Below are positions 17,708-26,393 of a stretch of 26,393 nt of DNA, one piece after another (position 1 is the first letter of the stretch; the number at the start of each line of letters is the position of its first letter). The DNA lies in the NCBI GenBank assembly GCA_050115495.1, contig JASFQK010000054.1, positions 1 to 26,393 on the forward strand, written 5' to 3'. This DNA is from Phycisphaerae bacterium (GTDB lineage: Bacteria; Planctomycetota; Phycisphaerae; UBA1845; Fen-1342). The position numbers and the translations under genes were made by a program. The notes beneath the pieces were generated by a model, which saw only the letters and a list, made by a program, of their open reading frames with translations, had not been told where the DNA came from and ran no database searches.

Positions 17708-19815
17708 CTACGGGCTGCTCAGCAACTGGATGAACGGGCTGATGTCGAAATTGTTGACGAGGCCATCGCCGGTGAGGTCGCCGAGGGCTGCGTTGCAGTT
17801 CGGGTAGCGCTCGGCGTAGGCCTCGGGGTCGGTGATCGCCAGGACGAAGGCGCGGATGTCGAAGTTGTCGATGGCGCCGTCGCAATTGAGGTCGCCGAAG
17901 ACGTAGGAGCCGAACTCGTCGGCGCCCATGTCGACGATGGCGACGTCGTCTTCATCGCCATCCCAGACACGGTACTCGCCATCGAGGTCTGCGTCGCCGG
18001 GCGAGGGGACGAACGCGGGGTCGCCGGCGTCGATGCAGGGCGAATCGGGGGAAAGGTGGAAGTCGTCGTTTTCGGGATCGACGAAGAGCGGGTCTTCGTC
18101 GATGTTGCCGGCGCCGCTCCAGCCGTCTTCGAAATCGCTGAAGGTTACGTAGAGATCGCTACCGCCGGCGAGCTTGGCAGGCGTCTCGCCGTTGTCCCAG
18201 ATGATGCAGTTGTTCAGCGTCGGCTGACTGGCCCAGCAGTCGATGCCGGCGCTGTTGCTGCTGGTCGTGACATTGGAGGCGACCGTGCAATTGGCCAAGA
18301 CGGGCGCGCTGTTTTCGCAGTCGATAATGCCCCCATGTTCGGCGGAATTGGCGGCAATCGTGCAATTGGTCAACACCGCATCGCTGTCCGAGCATCTGAC
18401 AGCGCCCCCATACACGGCGGAATTGGAGGCGATCATGCAGTTGATGAAGACCGGATTACACTGCGAGCTGTCGATGCCCCCCCCCTCGTAGCGGAATTCC
18501 AGGTGATCGTGCAGTTGCTGAAGGTGGCGACGCAAGACCAGAGATCGGCGCCGCCGCCGGAGCTCCCTGCAGAGTTGCCGGTGATCGTGCAGTTGCTGAG
18601 CGCGAGTGTGGTGTTCGGGGAGCCGAGGACCCCGCCGGAGGTGGCGCCTGTGTTCTCCGAGATCGTGCAGTCGATGAGCGTGGCACTGCCTGCACTGAAG
18701 GTGGCTCCGCCAGCGCCCTCGGTACCGGAGTTCCGCGTGATCACGCAACGGGTCAGCAGGGAAGTGGACGAGCCCGGGCAAGTGATCCCGCCGTTGTGAG
18801 CCGCCGTATTCTCCGAGATCGTGCAGTCGGTCAGTGTCGAGTTGCTGGCATAGGCGTAGATTCCCCCGCCAGTGTACTCGGCCGAGTTCCCGTTGATCGT
18901 GCAGTCGGCCAACGTGATGGTGCAGTCGCGGCACCACACGCCACCACCTTCGCGGGTTGACGAATTCGCTACAACCGTCGAGCCCGTCAGCGTCGCGGTC
19001 CCTCCCTCGCAGTAGAGGCCGCCACCGGCCGAAACGTAGCTTTGCTCGGTCACTGCGTTCTCGGTGAACGCGCAGTCAGTGAACGTCGGGTTACTCTCTG
19101 TGGAGTAGAAGCCGCCGCCGCAGTAGCCGGCCTTGTTCTCGCTGAAGGCGCAGTCGATCGAGAGCGGACTGCCGTCGACGCAGTACATCCCGCCGCCGCA
19201 ACTGGGCGCCGAATTGGCGGTGAACGTGCAGTTGAGCAGCGTAGGGCCTCCGTGATGGCAGGCGAGGCCGCCGCCGTCGTCGCGTGCGACATTCTCGCTG
19301 ATCGTGCAGTCGGTCAACGTGGGTGAACTGTGCGTGCAGTAGACGCCGCCGCCGTCGTTGGCCGCGTTTCCGGTGATCACGCAGTGCCTCAGTGCCGGGC
19401 TGCTTCCGTCACAGCAGATCCCGCCGCCGCCGGTCGTCGGGCCGTCGGGGACGACGTAGCCGTTCGTAATCGTCAGGCCGGCGACAATGCTGTCCGAGCC
19501 TTCGGCGCTGTGGAAGTGGAAGCCGCGGCCAGCACCGTGACAGTCGATGATGGTCGTGGCCACGATGTCGGGATCGGTCGGGTCGATGCTGCGGACGGTG
19601 ATGGCCTTGCCGGCGAAGTCGAGGTCGCGGTTGCCGGGGCCGGTGTACGTGCCGACGGCGATGACGACCTCGTCGCCGGGTTGGGCGGCGTCGATGGCGG
19701 CCTGGATGGTGGCGTACACGCCGGGCACGTGGAGTTCCTCAGCCCACGCCGCGGGCAGAATCAAAGCACAGACAGCAATGGCCGCCAGGGTCCGCCTACT
19801 GAGCAGTTTCGACAT
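17708..19815 (-). pseudogene. Secreted right-handed beta-helix repeat protein with dockerin-like C-terminus, frameshifted at a G9 tract (18477-18485)
   Basis: Signal peptide, TIQAAIDAA, repeated DCTISEN.A..GGG units in two overlapping frames, and tail GDLNCDGAIDNFDI. One added G gives a continuous 702-aa ORF. Confidence 0.85.
19625..19773. repeat. 149-bp exact direct repeat (second copy 21288-21436)
   Basis: Base-by-base identity between the 5' regions of the two tandem beta-helix genes. Confidence 0.9.
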
Positions 19816-19927
19816 AATACTCCCCTTTGAAGTACGCAATCAGACAACGAGGCAAACACGCATAGCACGTTCCGCGGCGTGGGGTCCGGCACGGACGCGG
19901 ACGCCACGCCCGAGACAGTCGACTGGA

Positions 19928-21478
19928 TCATCCTCCCGCCAACAGGGCGAGGAACGGACTGATATCGAAGTTGTTGACGAGGCCGTCGCCGGTGAGGTCG
20001 CCGAGGGCCGCGTTGCAGTTCGGGTAGCGCTCGGCGTAGGTGTCGGGATTCGTGATCGCCAGGACGAAGGCACGGATGTCGAAGTTGTTGATGGCGCCGT
20101 CGCAGGTTACGTCGCCGAGGACGTAGGAGCCGAACTCGTCGGCGCCCATGTCGACGATGGCGACGCCGTCTTCATCGCCGTCCCAGAGGCGGTATTGGCC
20201 GTCCATATCGCTCACGCCGGGCGAGGGGACGAACGTGGGGGCGCCGGCGTCGATGCAGGGCGAATCGGGGGAGAGGTGGAAGTCGCCGTTTTCACGGTCG
20301 ACGAAGAGCGGGTCTTCGTCAATGTTGCCGGTGCCGACCCAGCCGTCCTGGATATCGCTGTACGTCCCCATCACGCAGGCCGCGCGGTAGAGCGCATAAG
20401 TGCTGTTCTGCCAAACGATGCAGTTGTGCAGGGTCGTGTTGCCACTGATGCAATGCACAGCGCCACCGTTCTCGCTGGCGGTGTTCTCGGTGATGGTGCA
20501 GTGGGTGAGGGTGAGGGAGCCGTCTTGGCAGTAGAAGCCGCCGCCGTAGTGCGCTGTGTTCCCCGAGATCGTGCAGTCCGTTAGCGTCATGACGCCTTCG
20601 TAGATGCAGGCGACACCGCCGCCGGTAACGCCGTCGTTGCCGGAGATGGAGCAGTTGCTAACGTCCAGCGCTCCGCCGTAGGTGGTGATTCCTGCACCCC
20701 ACAACCGGCACTCGTTGTTGTTGATCGTGCAATCACGCACGACTGCCCAATTGTCGCCGGACGCAGCGATGCCGGCGCCCCAGGCGGACTCGTTCGCCGT
20801 GATCGTGCAGTTGGCGATGGTCGGGTTGGCCGTGCCACAGTGTATCCCACCGCCACCCCGTGCCACTCCGTCGTACAGCACGGAGTTCTGCCTGATCACG
20901 CAGTCGATGATGAGGGGGCTGCCGCTGCCGCAGTGGATCCCTCCGCCGGAAGCTGCCTCCGTCGTGTTGCCGCTGATGTAGCACGCACTGACCGTCGGGC
21001 AGCCAGCCTCGCAACGGATCCCGCCGCCGTAGCCGAGCGCGGTGTTCTGGTCGATGTGGCACTTCGTGATAATCGGACTGCCGGTGTCGCAGAGGATGCC
21101 GCCGCCGTTGCCCTCGACGTAACCGTTCATGATCGTCAGGCCGGCGAGGACGCTATCGGGCCCTTCGTTATTCTGGAAGCGGAAGCCGCGGCCGGCGGCT
21201 TCGCAGTCGATGACGGTGGTGGCCACGATGTCGGGGTCGTTCGGGTCGGTGCTGCGGACGGTGATGGCTTTGCCGGCGAAGTCGAGATCGCGGTTGCCGG
21301 GGCCGGTGTACGTGCCGACGGCGATGACGACCTCGTCGCCGGGTTGGGCGGCGTCGATGGCGGCCTGGATGGTGGCGTACACGCCGGGCACGTGGAGTTC
21401 CTCAGCCCACGCCGCGGGCAGAATCAAAGCACAGACGACAACCGACGCCAGAATCCGCGTATTCAGCACTTTCGACAT
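19928..21478 (-). CDS. Secreted right-handed beta-helix repeat protein with dockerin-like C-terminus
   Basis: MSKVLNTR signal peptide, GGGIxC/CTIxxN repeats, GNIDEDPLF..LSPDSPCIDAG..VDMGADEF and GDVTCDGAINNFDI. Confidence 0.9.
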   Translation of the reverse strand: MSKVLNTRILASVVVCALILPAAWAEELHVPGVYATIQAAIDAAQPGDEVVIAVGTYTGPGNRDLDFAGKAITVRSTDPNDPDIVATTVIDCEAAGRGFRFQNNEGPDSVLAGLTIMNGYVEGNGGGILCDTGSPIITKCHIDQNTALGYGGGIRCEAGCPTVSACYISGNTTEAASGGGIHCGSGSPLIIDCVIRQNSVLYDGVARGGGGIHCGTANPTIANCTITANESAWGAGIAASGDNWAVVRDCTINNNECRLWGAGITTYGGALDVSNCSISGNDGVTGGGVACIYEGVMTLTDCTISGNTAHYGGGFYCQDGSLTLTHCTITENTASENGGAVHCISGNTTLHNCIVWQNSTYALYRAACVMGTYSDIQDGWVGTGNIDEDPLFVDRENGDFHLSPDSPCIDAGAPTFVPSPGVSDMDGQYRLWDGDEDGVAIVDMGADEFGSYVLGDVTCDGAINNFDIRAFVLAITNPDTYAERYPNCNAALGDLTGDGLVNNFDISPFLALLAGG

Positions 21479-21777
21479 GATGATCACCTGTGAAGAGAGA
21501 GGGGCAAAGGGGCCGAGGAACAGAGGGGCAGAGGGGCGCAGGGCGACGGCGGATTGCGCAATTCCTGCTTGCGGTGGCTGAGCACGTGGAGCCCCATCGT
21601 CCCTCACCCTGACCCTCGCCGGCGACCGAGAAGACGCTCGGACCGGCCCAGTTCATACAACGTATTGTACCGCCGACGCGGGGTGGAAGGCAATGGGGGA
21701 AGAAGGAAGACAGGAGTCAGGAGTCAGAAGGTTGCGGGGACGGGCGCACGTTGGCAGCGCCGCGTTGTTGACGCTCT

Positions 21778-21891
21778 ACGTCGGCCACGGGGGGCCGACG
21801 CTACGGGGTGCGTCGTGCGGTTCCTGGCGGTCGACGGCCGGCACAGAGACCGGCCGCTACGGGGACGTCCGGTGCGGAGCCCGGACGCTAG
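21778..21891 (-). repeat. Cluster of three co-oriented REP-like hairpins
   Basis: GTAG-CGTCGGCC-N6-GGCCGACG (21778-21804), GTAG-CGGCCGG-N8-CCGGCCG (21835-21860) and CTAG-CGTCCGG-N8-CCGGACG (21866-21891). Confidence 0.75.
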
Positions 21892-21914
21892 GCGCGGGAG
21901 CGATTGCGCCATCG

Positions 21915-23462
21915 TCACGGCAGGGCTATGAAGGCTATGATGTCAAAGTTGTTCACGACGCCGTCGCGGTTGCAGTCGGCCAGCATGCGGTCGCAATTGG
22001 GGTACTGCTGGGCGTAGACGGTCGGGTTGGTGAGGGCCAGCACGAAGGGGGTGATATCGAAGTTGTTGACCGCCCCGTCGCAGTTCAGATCGCCGAGCTG
22101 ATAGACCATGCCGCCGGTGCAGTCGTGAACGCCGGGCGTGGTCAGGCCTTGCAGCAGGGCGATGCGTTCCGCGTCGTTGTCCGCCTCGAGAGCGTAATAC
22201 CCGCCGACCACCCAATTGTCGACGTCGAAGTAACCCTGGTTCGGGAAGCGGTTTGGCCGGCTGTAGGCGTAGCTGTCCTCGTAACCCCAGTCTGACCACA
22301 TGCCGTCGACGCCGATGACGCCATACGTGTCGACCACGGTTGTACCATTCTGGAGACTGTAGACGTCGTTGCCGTCGCCGAAGGCGTCGTCTGTGTAGAG
22401 GTCGGCGTGGAAGCCGTAGGCGGCAAAGAACGCCGCATCGCCGCCGTCGGCGGAGGAGGCCAGCACGAGCGACTCGCCGACGGGCAGGGCGTAGTTGCTC
22501 AGCGGCACGATGGTGCCGGGCGTCGTGTTGCCGTCGAAGTAGATGGCCACGTAGGCAGCATCGCTGAAGATCACGTCGAGCTCGCCGCAGTTGGTGAGTT
22601 CGACGTACCGGGGGGCGCCGAGGCCGAGGTCGCCGTCGACGACCTCGGAGATGACGACGATCTCTTCGAGCAGGCGCAGCGCGAGCGTGCCGCGGAAGAT
22701 GCAGGACGACAGGTCATCGCGGGGCGGGTCGACCATCGCCGCATCGACATAGGCGTCGAGGTCGACGGTGACCGACGCCGACGAGCCGACGGCGTCGAAG
22801 GTCACGCTGCCACTGCCGGTGTCGTACTTGTACATGACGCCACCAAGGCCGTTGTCCACGGCCTCGTCGAAGATCAACCCCGGTCCCCCGCCGACGATGT
22901 CGAGCTCGAGCGTGCCATAGGCCGCCGCCGGATCGTCGCCGGGTGGAAACACTTCATGCTCCTCGTCGGCGTCACCCTCCATCGTCCAATAGTACTGGAC
23001 GGTGTACGTGCTACCCGGCAGCAGGTCCGTCAGGGCGAAGGCCAGGAAGGCCTCGGTGTTGGCGATGCCTTGCAGGAGATAGGGCGCCGTGGGGTTCGGG
23101 AGATTCGAGTCGAGCAGGACCCAGGCCTTCCAGGCGATGCGGACCTGCTGCGTGCCCTCGCCGTCGATGCGGACGAGCGGATTGGCGCTGGCCACCAGGC
23201 CCTCGCCGTCCCAGGCGGCGATGTTGATCGTATTGCCCCAGTTCGCCACGCCGCCGGAGTAATAGAAGGGGGAGACGAAACCGCCGTTGGCGTCGTCGGC
23301 GAATCCCGGCATATCGATGTAGTCGTCGGCGTACACGCTGGCGGCGAGGCTGGAATCAGAGGCCGAGCCGAAGGTGAAGCGTGGTTGGGCCAAGGCGGGC
23401 GTTACGGCCAGACCGCAGACCGCAAGCAGGGAAAGGAGAGCGAAGATGATGTGTCGCGACAT
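21915..23462 (-). CDS. Secreted acidic protein with lamin-tail-like domain and dockerin-like C-terminus
   Basis: AAGGAG RBS, signal peptide ending ALA, VVISEVVDG..YVELTNCG..GDGNDVYSL..TPG and GDLNCDGAVNNFDITPF. Confidence 0.85.
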   Translation of the reverse strand: MSRHIIFALLSLLAVCGLAVTPALAQPRFTFGSASDSSLAASVYADDYIDMPGFADDANGGFVSPFYYSGGVANWGNTINIAAWDGEGLVASANPLVRIDGEGTQQVRIAWKAWVLLDSNLPNPTAPYLLQGIANTEAFLAFALTDLLPGSTYTVQYYWTMEGDADEEHEVFPPGDDPAAAYGTLELDIVGGGPGLIFDEAVDNGLGGVMYKYDTGSGSVTFDAVGSSASVTVDLDAYVDAAMVDPPRDDLSSCIFRGTLALRLLEEIVVISEVVDGDLGLGAPRYVELTNCGELDVIFSDAAYVAIYFDGNTTPGTIVPLSNYALPVGESLVLASSADGGDAAFFAAYGFHADLYTDDAFGDGNDVYSLQNGTTVVDTYGVIGVDGMWSDWGYEDSYAYSRPNRFPNQGYFDVDNWVVGGYYALEADNDAERIALLQGLTTPGVHDCTGGMVYQLGDLNCDGAVNNFDITPFVLALTNPTVYAQQYPNCDRMLADCNRDGVVNNFDIIAFIALP

Positions 23463-23795
23463 GATGTGCTCCTTTGCGAGAGAGATGTGCGGTGCGGGTG
23501 CGCCGGCCAGTCCTCGCCGGCACTCGTCCGTCCCGCGAACGGGACCGGTGCGATAGGCCGGGCCCGTCGATCCGTATAGGGTACCGTGGCGAGGTGGGGC
23601 AGAGCCACAGAATTTCGGAAAATGGGGGGGAACGGGCGACATAACCGCACGGGCGTGGACGCTGGAACCGGAGTATCATGGGTGCGAGGGAGTGGGGCTG
23701 TCAGGCGGTGACGCGGCGTGGGAGCGGCATGTATGGTCGCCGGGCCGCCGGGTGCGTTTGTCCATGACAGCCCGCTTACGGGAGGATCGCCGCAG

Positions 23796-24566
23796 ATGGC
23801 TGTGGATCGAGCGACGAGAGACGCGATGGCCGGGCTCATCGCGCAGCATCTGCGCGGAAGGCTGTCGTACGGCGCGTTCCACGACAAATGGGGGGACCTG
23901 GTCACTCCAGATGATGATGATGCGGTCGCCGAGGGCATGTGGCCGGCGATGAGCAGCGTCTTCGATTATCAACCGGGTGGCCCGACGGCCATCGGCGTGG
24001 AGACTGGGCGGTTTGTGCGGCAATGTGTGGCGCTGCTGCGGTCCGATCTGGACTTGAGCTGGCGTCGCGTCAATGTCCGCCGAGTACATCCGGGGTTCAT
24101 CTGCGCTGTGTCGTGCCTGGCTGCGCTGGGCTGCGCCGCGTGTTTGTCTGTTATGTATAGCTGGTGGATCTTTGCGGCGTGCTGGGTGGTGATCGGTTTC
24201 GGCTGGGCCGTCGAGCACGGCATTCGCCTGCCCCGGCGAGTTGCCCGAGAACCTTACCCCGAGCACGGGCCGTTTCTGAATATGGAGCAGTGGCAGCACT
24301 ACGAGCACCTCGCGCCGAGCGAGGAGTTTCCGACGTTCACCGACATGCCGCGCTCGAAGTTCAGCAAGTCGGCGCTGGGGCGGGTGTGCAGCAACGTCCT
24401 GGGGCCGCTGCTATGCTGCGCGATCTGGTCGCCGACGGGGCCCCTCGTCATGTTGGGCTACCTATGGCCGGACTACGATGCGGAGTGGTATTTGCAGGAT
24501 GACGGTCACGAGGATCGAGACAATGATGAGACTGGCGTCCGGCCGGCAATGACCTCCGGCGGGTAG
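23796..24566 (+). CDS. Hypothetical membrane protein (256 aa)
   Basis: GGAGGA RBS, ATG 23796, two to three hydrophobic segments; no family recognised. Confidence 0.7.
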   Translation: MAVDRATRDAMAGLIAQHLRGRLSYGAFHDKWGDLVTPDDDDAVAEGMWPAMSSVFDYQPGGPTAIGVETGRFVRQCVALLRSDLDLSWRRVNVRRVHPGFICAVSCLAALGCAACLSVMYSWWIFAACWVVIGFGWAVEHGIRLPRRVAREPYPEHGPFLNMEQWQHYEHLAPSEEFPTFTDMPRSKFSKSALGRVCSNVLGPLLCCAIWSPTGPLVMLGYLWPDYDAEWYLQDDGHEDRDNDETGVRPAMTSGG

Positions 24567-24585
24567 GTCGGTGAGCACGGGAGAG

Positions 24586-24675
24586 TGTGTGGCATGCCGA
24601 AGCGGAGCGCCGGCATGTTGGCTGCTTGCGCAGGCGGCGACACACGTACGCTTCGTCACTTCGGCATGCCACACA
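24586..24675. repeat. REPIN-like 17-bp perfect inverted repeat
   Basis: TGTGTGGCATGCCGAAG (24586-24602) and CTTCGGCATGCCACACA (24659-24675). The left arm also folds as CATGCCG..CGGCATG. Confidence 0.75.
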
Positions 24676-24700
24676 GGCGATACGGCATGGTTGCCGTTCG

Positions 24701-24727
24701 ACGTCGGCCACGGGGGGCCGACGCTAC
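24701..24727 (-). repeat. GTAG-type REP-like hairpin identical to 21778-21804
   Basis: 27-bp exact match ACGTCGGCCACGGGGGGCCGACGCTAC. Confidence 0.85.
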
Positions 24728-24784
24728 ACGTCGCGTGCGGAGTCCGGACGCGACGTGCAACGACGGCCGGGGTGCGGCGGGCGG

Positions 24785-26299
24785 TCAGTTTCTCGCCAGC
24801 AGCGCGAGGAAGGGGGGGATGTCGAAGTTGTCCACGGCGCCGTCGTGGTTGATGTCGGCCAGGACGGCGCTGCAGTGCGGGTACGTGGCCGCGTAGGCCT
24901 GCGGATTCGTCAGGGCGAGGACGAGGGCACTGAGGTCGAAGTTGTCGACGGCACCGTCGCAGTTAAGGTCGCCGAAGACGTAGGAGCCGAACTCGTCGGC
25001 GCCCATGTCGACGATCGCAACGCCGTTGCCGTCACCGTCCCAGAGGCGGTACTGGCCATCGAGGTCGGTTTCGCCCGGTTGGGGCACATAAGACGGATCG
25101 CCGGCGTCGATACAGGGGGAGCCGGCGGAGAGGTGGTAGTCGCCATTGCCGGGATCGACGAAGAGGGGGGCCGCGTCGATGTTGCCCTGGCCCGCAAAGC
25201 CACCCTCGATGTCACTGAACGTGACAGCGGCACTGCTTGGCAGCCCGAGAGGCTCGTTGCCCCAGACGATACAGCCGACAGTCAGGGGAGTGCCGCACAC
25301 GCCGCCAAACCGCGCGTCGTCGCCGGTCACGGAGTTGCCGGCGATCGTGCAGTTCGTGAGCGTCAACTGAGTGAAGCTGATCGCACCACCCCTGGCCGAG
25401 CCTGCCGAGACCGAATTGCCGGTCATCCAGCAGCCGACCGCCAGCAGTTGCCCCCAACAGCCATGGATACCACCGCCGGCAGCAATGTCGATGGAGGTGA
25501 TGCTATTGTCTCTGATCGTGCAATTGGCGAGTGTAAGGTCAGTCTGGGCAGCGCCGTCGATCGCCCCGCCGTAAGCCCGCTCGGTCCCGTTCAGCACATT
25601 GTTGTCGATTGTGCAGTTCGTCATCGTCAGGCTGCCGCCGGCGAAGAAGTACAACCCGCCGCCGTACGCGAGCCGACCACTGACGCTGTTGCCGCTGATC
25701 CGGCAGTTGGTCAGCACAGGGTGGCACTCGTAGTAGAACGAGATGCCACCGCCATCTGACCAGGCGCTGGGCTGGTGGCATGTGTTGTCCGTAATCGTGC
25801 ATCCGATCAGCGTCGGGTCGGAGTAGTCGCAGAACAAACCCCCGCCCTCGAGCGCGACGTTCTGCGAGAAAACGCAGTTGACGAATGTGGGACTGCTCCC
25901 GTAGCACGCGACCGCTCCGCCGGCATCGCCGTGGCCGTGGGTGATGGTCACGCCGGCGAGGATGCTGTCCGGATCTTCGCCGCTCGCGAAAGTGAAGCCA
26001 ATGCCGCTGTTCTCGCAGTCGATGACCGTACCGGCGACGACGGCCGGGTCGTCCGGGTCGGTGCTGCGGACCGTGATGGCCTTGCCGAGGAAATCGAGGT
26101 CCTTATTGCCCAGACCGGTGTACGTTCCTTGGGCGATCACGACCTCATCACCCGGCTGGGCGGCGACGATCGCCGACTGGATCGTGAAGTATGTGCCCGG
26201 CACGTGGAGTTCCTCGGCCCACGCCGGCGCGAGAATCAGACCACAGACAACAGCAGCCGCCAGAAACCGCGTGTTCAGCACTTTCGGAGCTATTGTCAA
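24785..26299 (-). CDS. Secreted beta-helix repeat protein with dockerin-like tail; native start codon displaced by IS256
   Basis: Third paralogue (KVLNTRFL..AWAEELHVPG). Homology to the paralogue start ATG TCG AAA GTG stops at 26286. The in-frame TTG at 26299 lies inside the IS terminus. Confidence 0.8.
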   Translation of the reverse strand: MTIAPKVLNTRFLAAAVVCGLILAPAWAEELHVPGTYFTIQSAIVAAQPGDEVVIAQGTYTGLGNKDLDFLGKAITVRSTDPDDPAVVAGTVIDCENSGIGFTFASGEDPDSILAGVTITHGHGDAGGAVACYGSSPTFVNCVFSQNVALEGGGLFCDYSDPTLIGCTITDNTCHQPSAWSDGGGISFYYECHPVLTNCRISGNSVSGRLAYGGGLYFFAGGSLTMTNCTIDNNVLNGTERAYGGAIDGAAQTDLTLANCTIRDNSITSIDIAAGGGIHGCWGQLLAVGCWMTGNSVSAGSARGGAISFTQLTLTNCTIAGNSVTGDDARFGGVCGTPLTVGCIVWGNEPLGLPSSAAVTFSDIEGGFAGQGNIDAAPLFVDPGNGDYHLSAGSPCIDAGDPSYVPQPGETDLDGQYRLWDGDGNGVAIVDMGADEFGSYVFGDLNCDGAVDNFDLSALVLALTNPQAYAATYPHCSAVLADINHDGAVDNFDIPPFLALLARN

Positions 26300-26393
26300 A
26301 AGTCGTTGATGGCGTCGTGATCAGGCGGCGGCTTTCTCGGGTTTTTCTCCGTCGATGAAGCGGACGCTGGCGATCACGTCCGGCAGAAGCTTC
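26287..26393 (-). mobile_element. IS256-family insertion sequence, right end (IRR 26287-26314)
   Basis: Terminal repeat matching 97-124, immediately downstream of a transposase-like C-terminus. Confidence 0.85.
26321..26392 (-). CDS. IS256-family transposase, C-terminal 23 aa (partial)
   Basis: KLLPDVIASVRFIDGEKPEKAAA* resembles the L..VI.GV.F.DG...AA end of IS256 transposases. Confidence 0.75.
   Translation of the reverse strand, partial: KLLPDVIASVRFIDGEKPEKAAA

Noticed and set aside
19625..21436. Possible diversity-generating retroelement template/variable repeat pair
   Set aside because: The repeats are exact or differ mostly at synonymous sites inside paralogous genes, with no adenine-specific pattern and no reverse transcriptase in the window.
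21778..21891. Possible CRISPR array or integron attC cassette array
   Set aside because: Units are not identical, spacing is irregular, and there are no cas or integrase genes; REP-like structure fits better.
22407..25759. Long plus-strand ORFs (390 aa each at 22407 and 24587)
   Set aside because: Antisense shadows of the secreted dockerin-tail genes.

Overview
GC-rich bacterial DNA. The gene content suggests a planctomycete, probably Phycisphaerae (inference): prepilin/H-X9-DG proteins, CxxCGYxLxG zinc-ribbon membrane proteins and secreted proteins with C-terminal dockerin-like repeats. The window is bounded by the left end (1-124) and right end (26287-26393) of co-oriented copies of one IS256-like element, and each copy disrupts a gene. 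The left half (to ~12.6 kb) is a sigma-54 regulatory island. It has two paralogous enhancer-binding proteins without sensory domains: one intact, one with its catalytic and sigma-54-contacting motifs destroyed but the same HTH. It also has a stand-alone atypical receiver protein, -24/-12 promoters, a recurring intergenic 18-bp palindrome, two prepilin-like genes, two GT-C-type glycosyltransferases and an EEP hydrolase. The middle holds DUF3806, a HARE-HTH remnant, a partly decayed array of zinc-ribbon membrane genes and a sulfatase-like lipoprotein. The right half is an array of secreted beta-helix or lamin-tail proteins with dockerin-like tails, interspersed with REP-like hairpins. All calls come from reading motifs by eye; no database searches were run.
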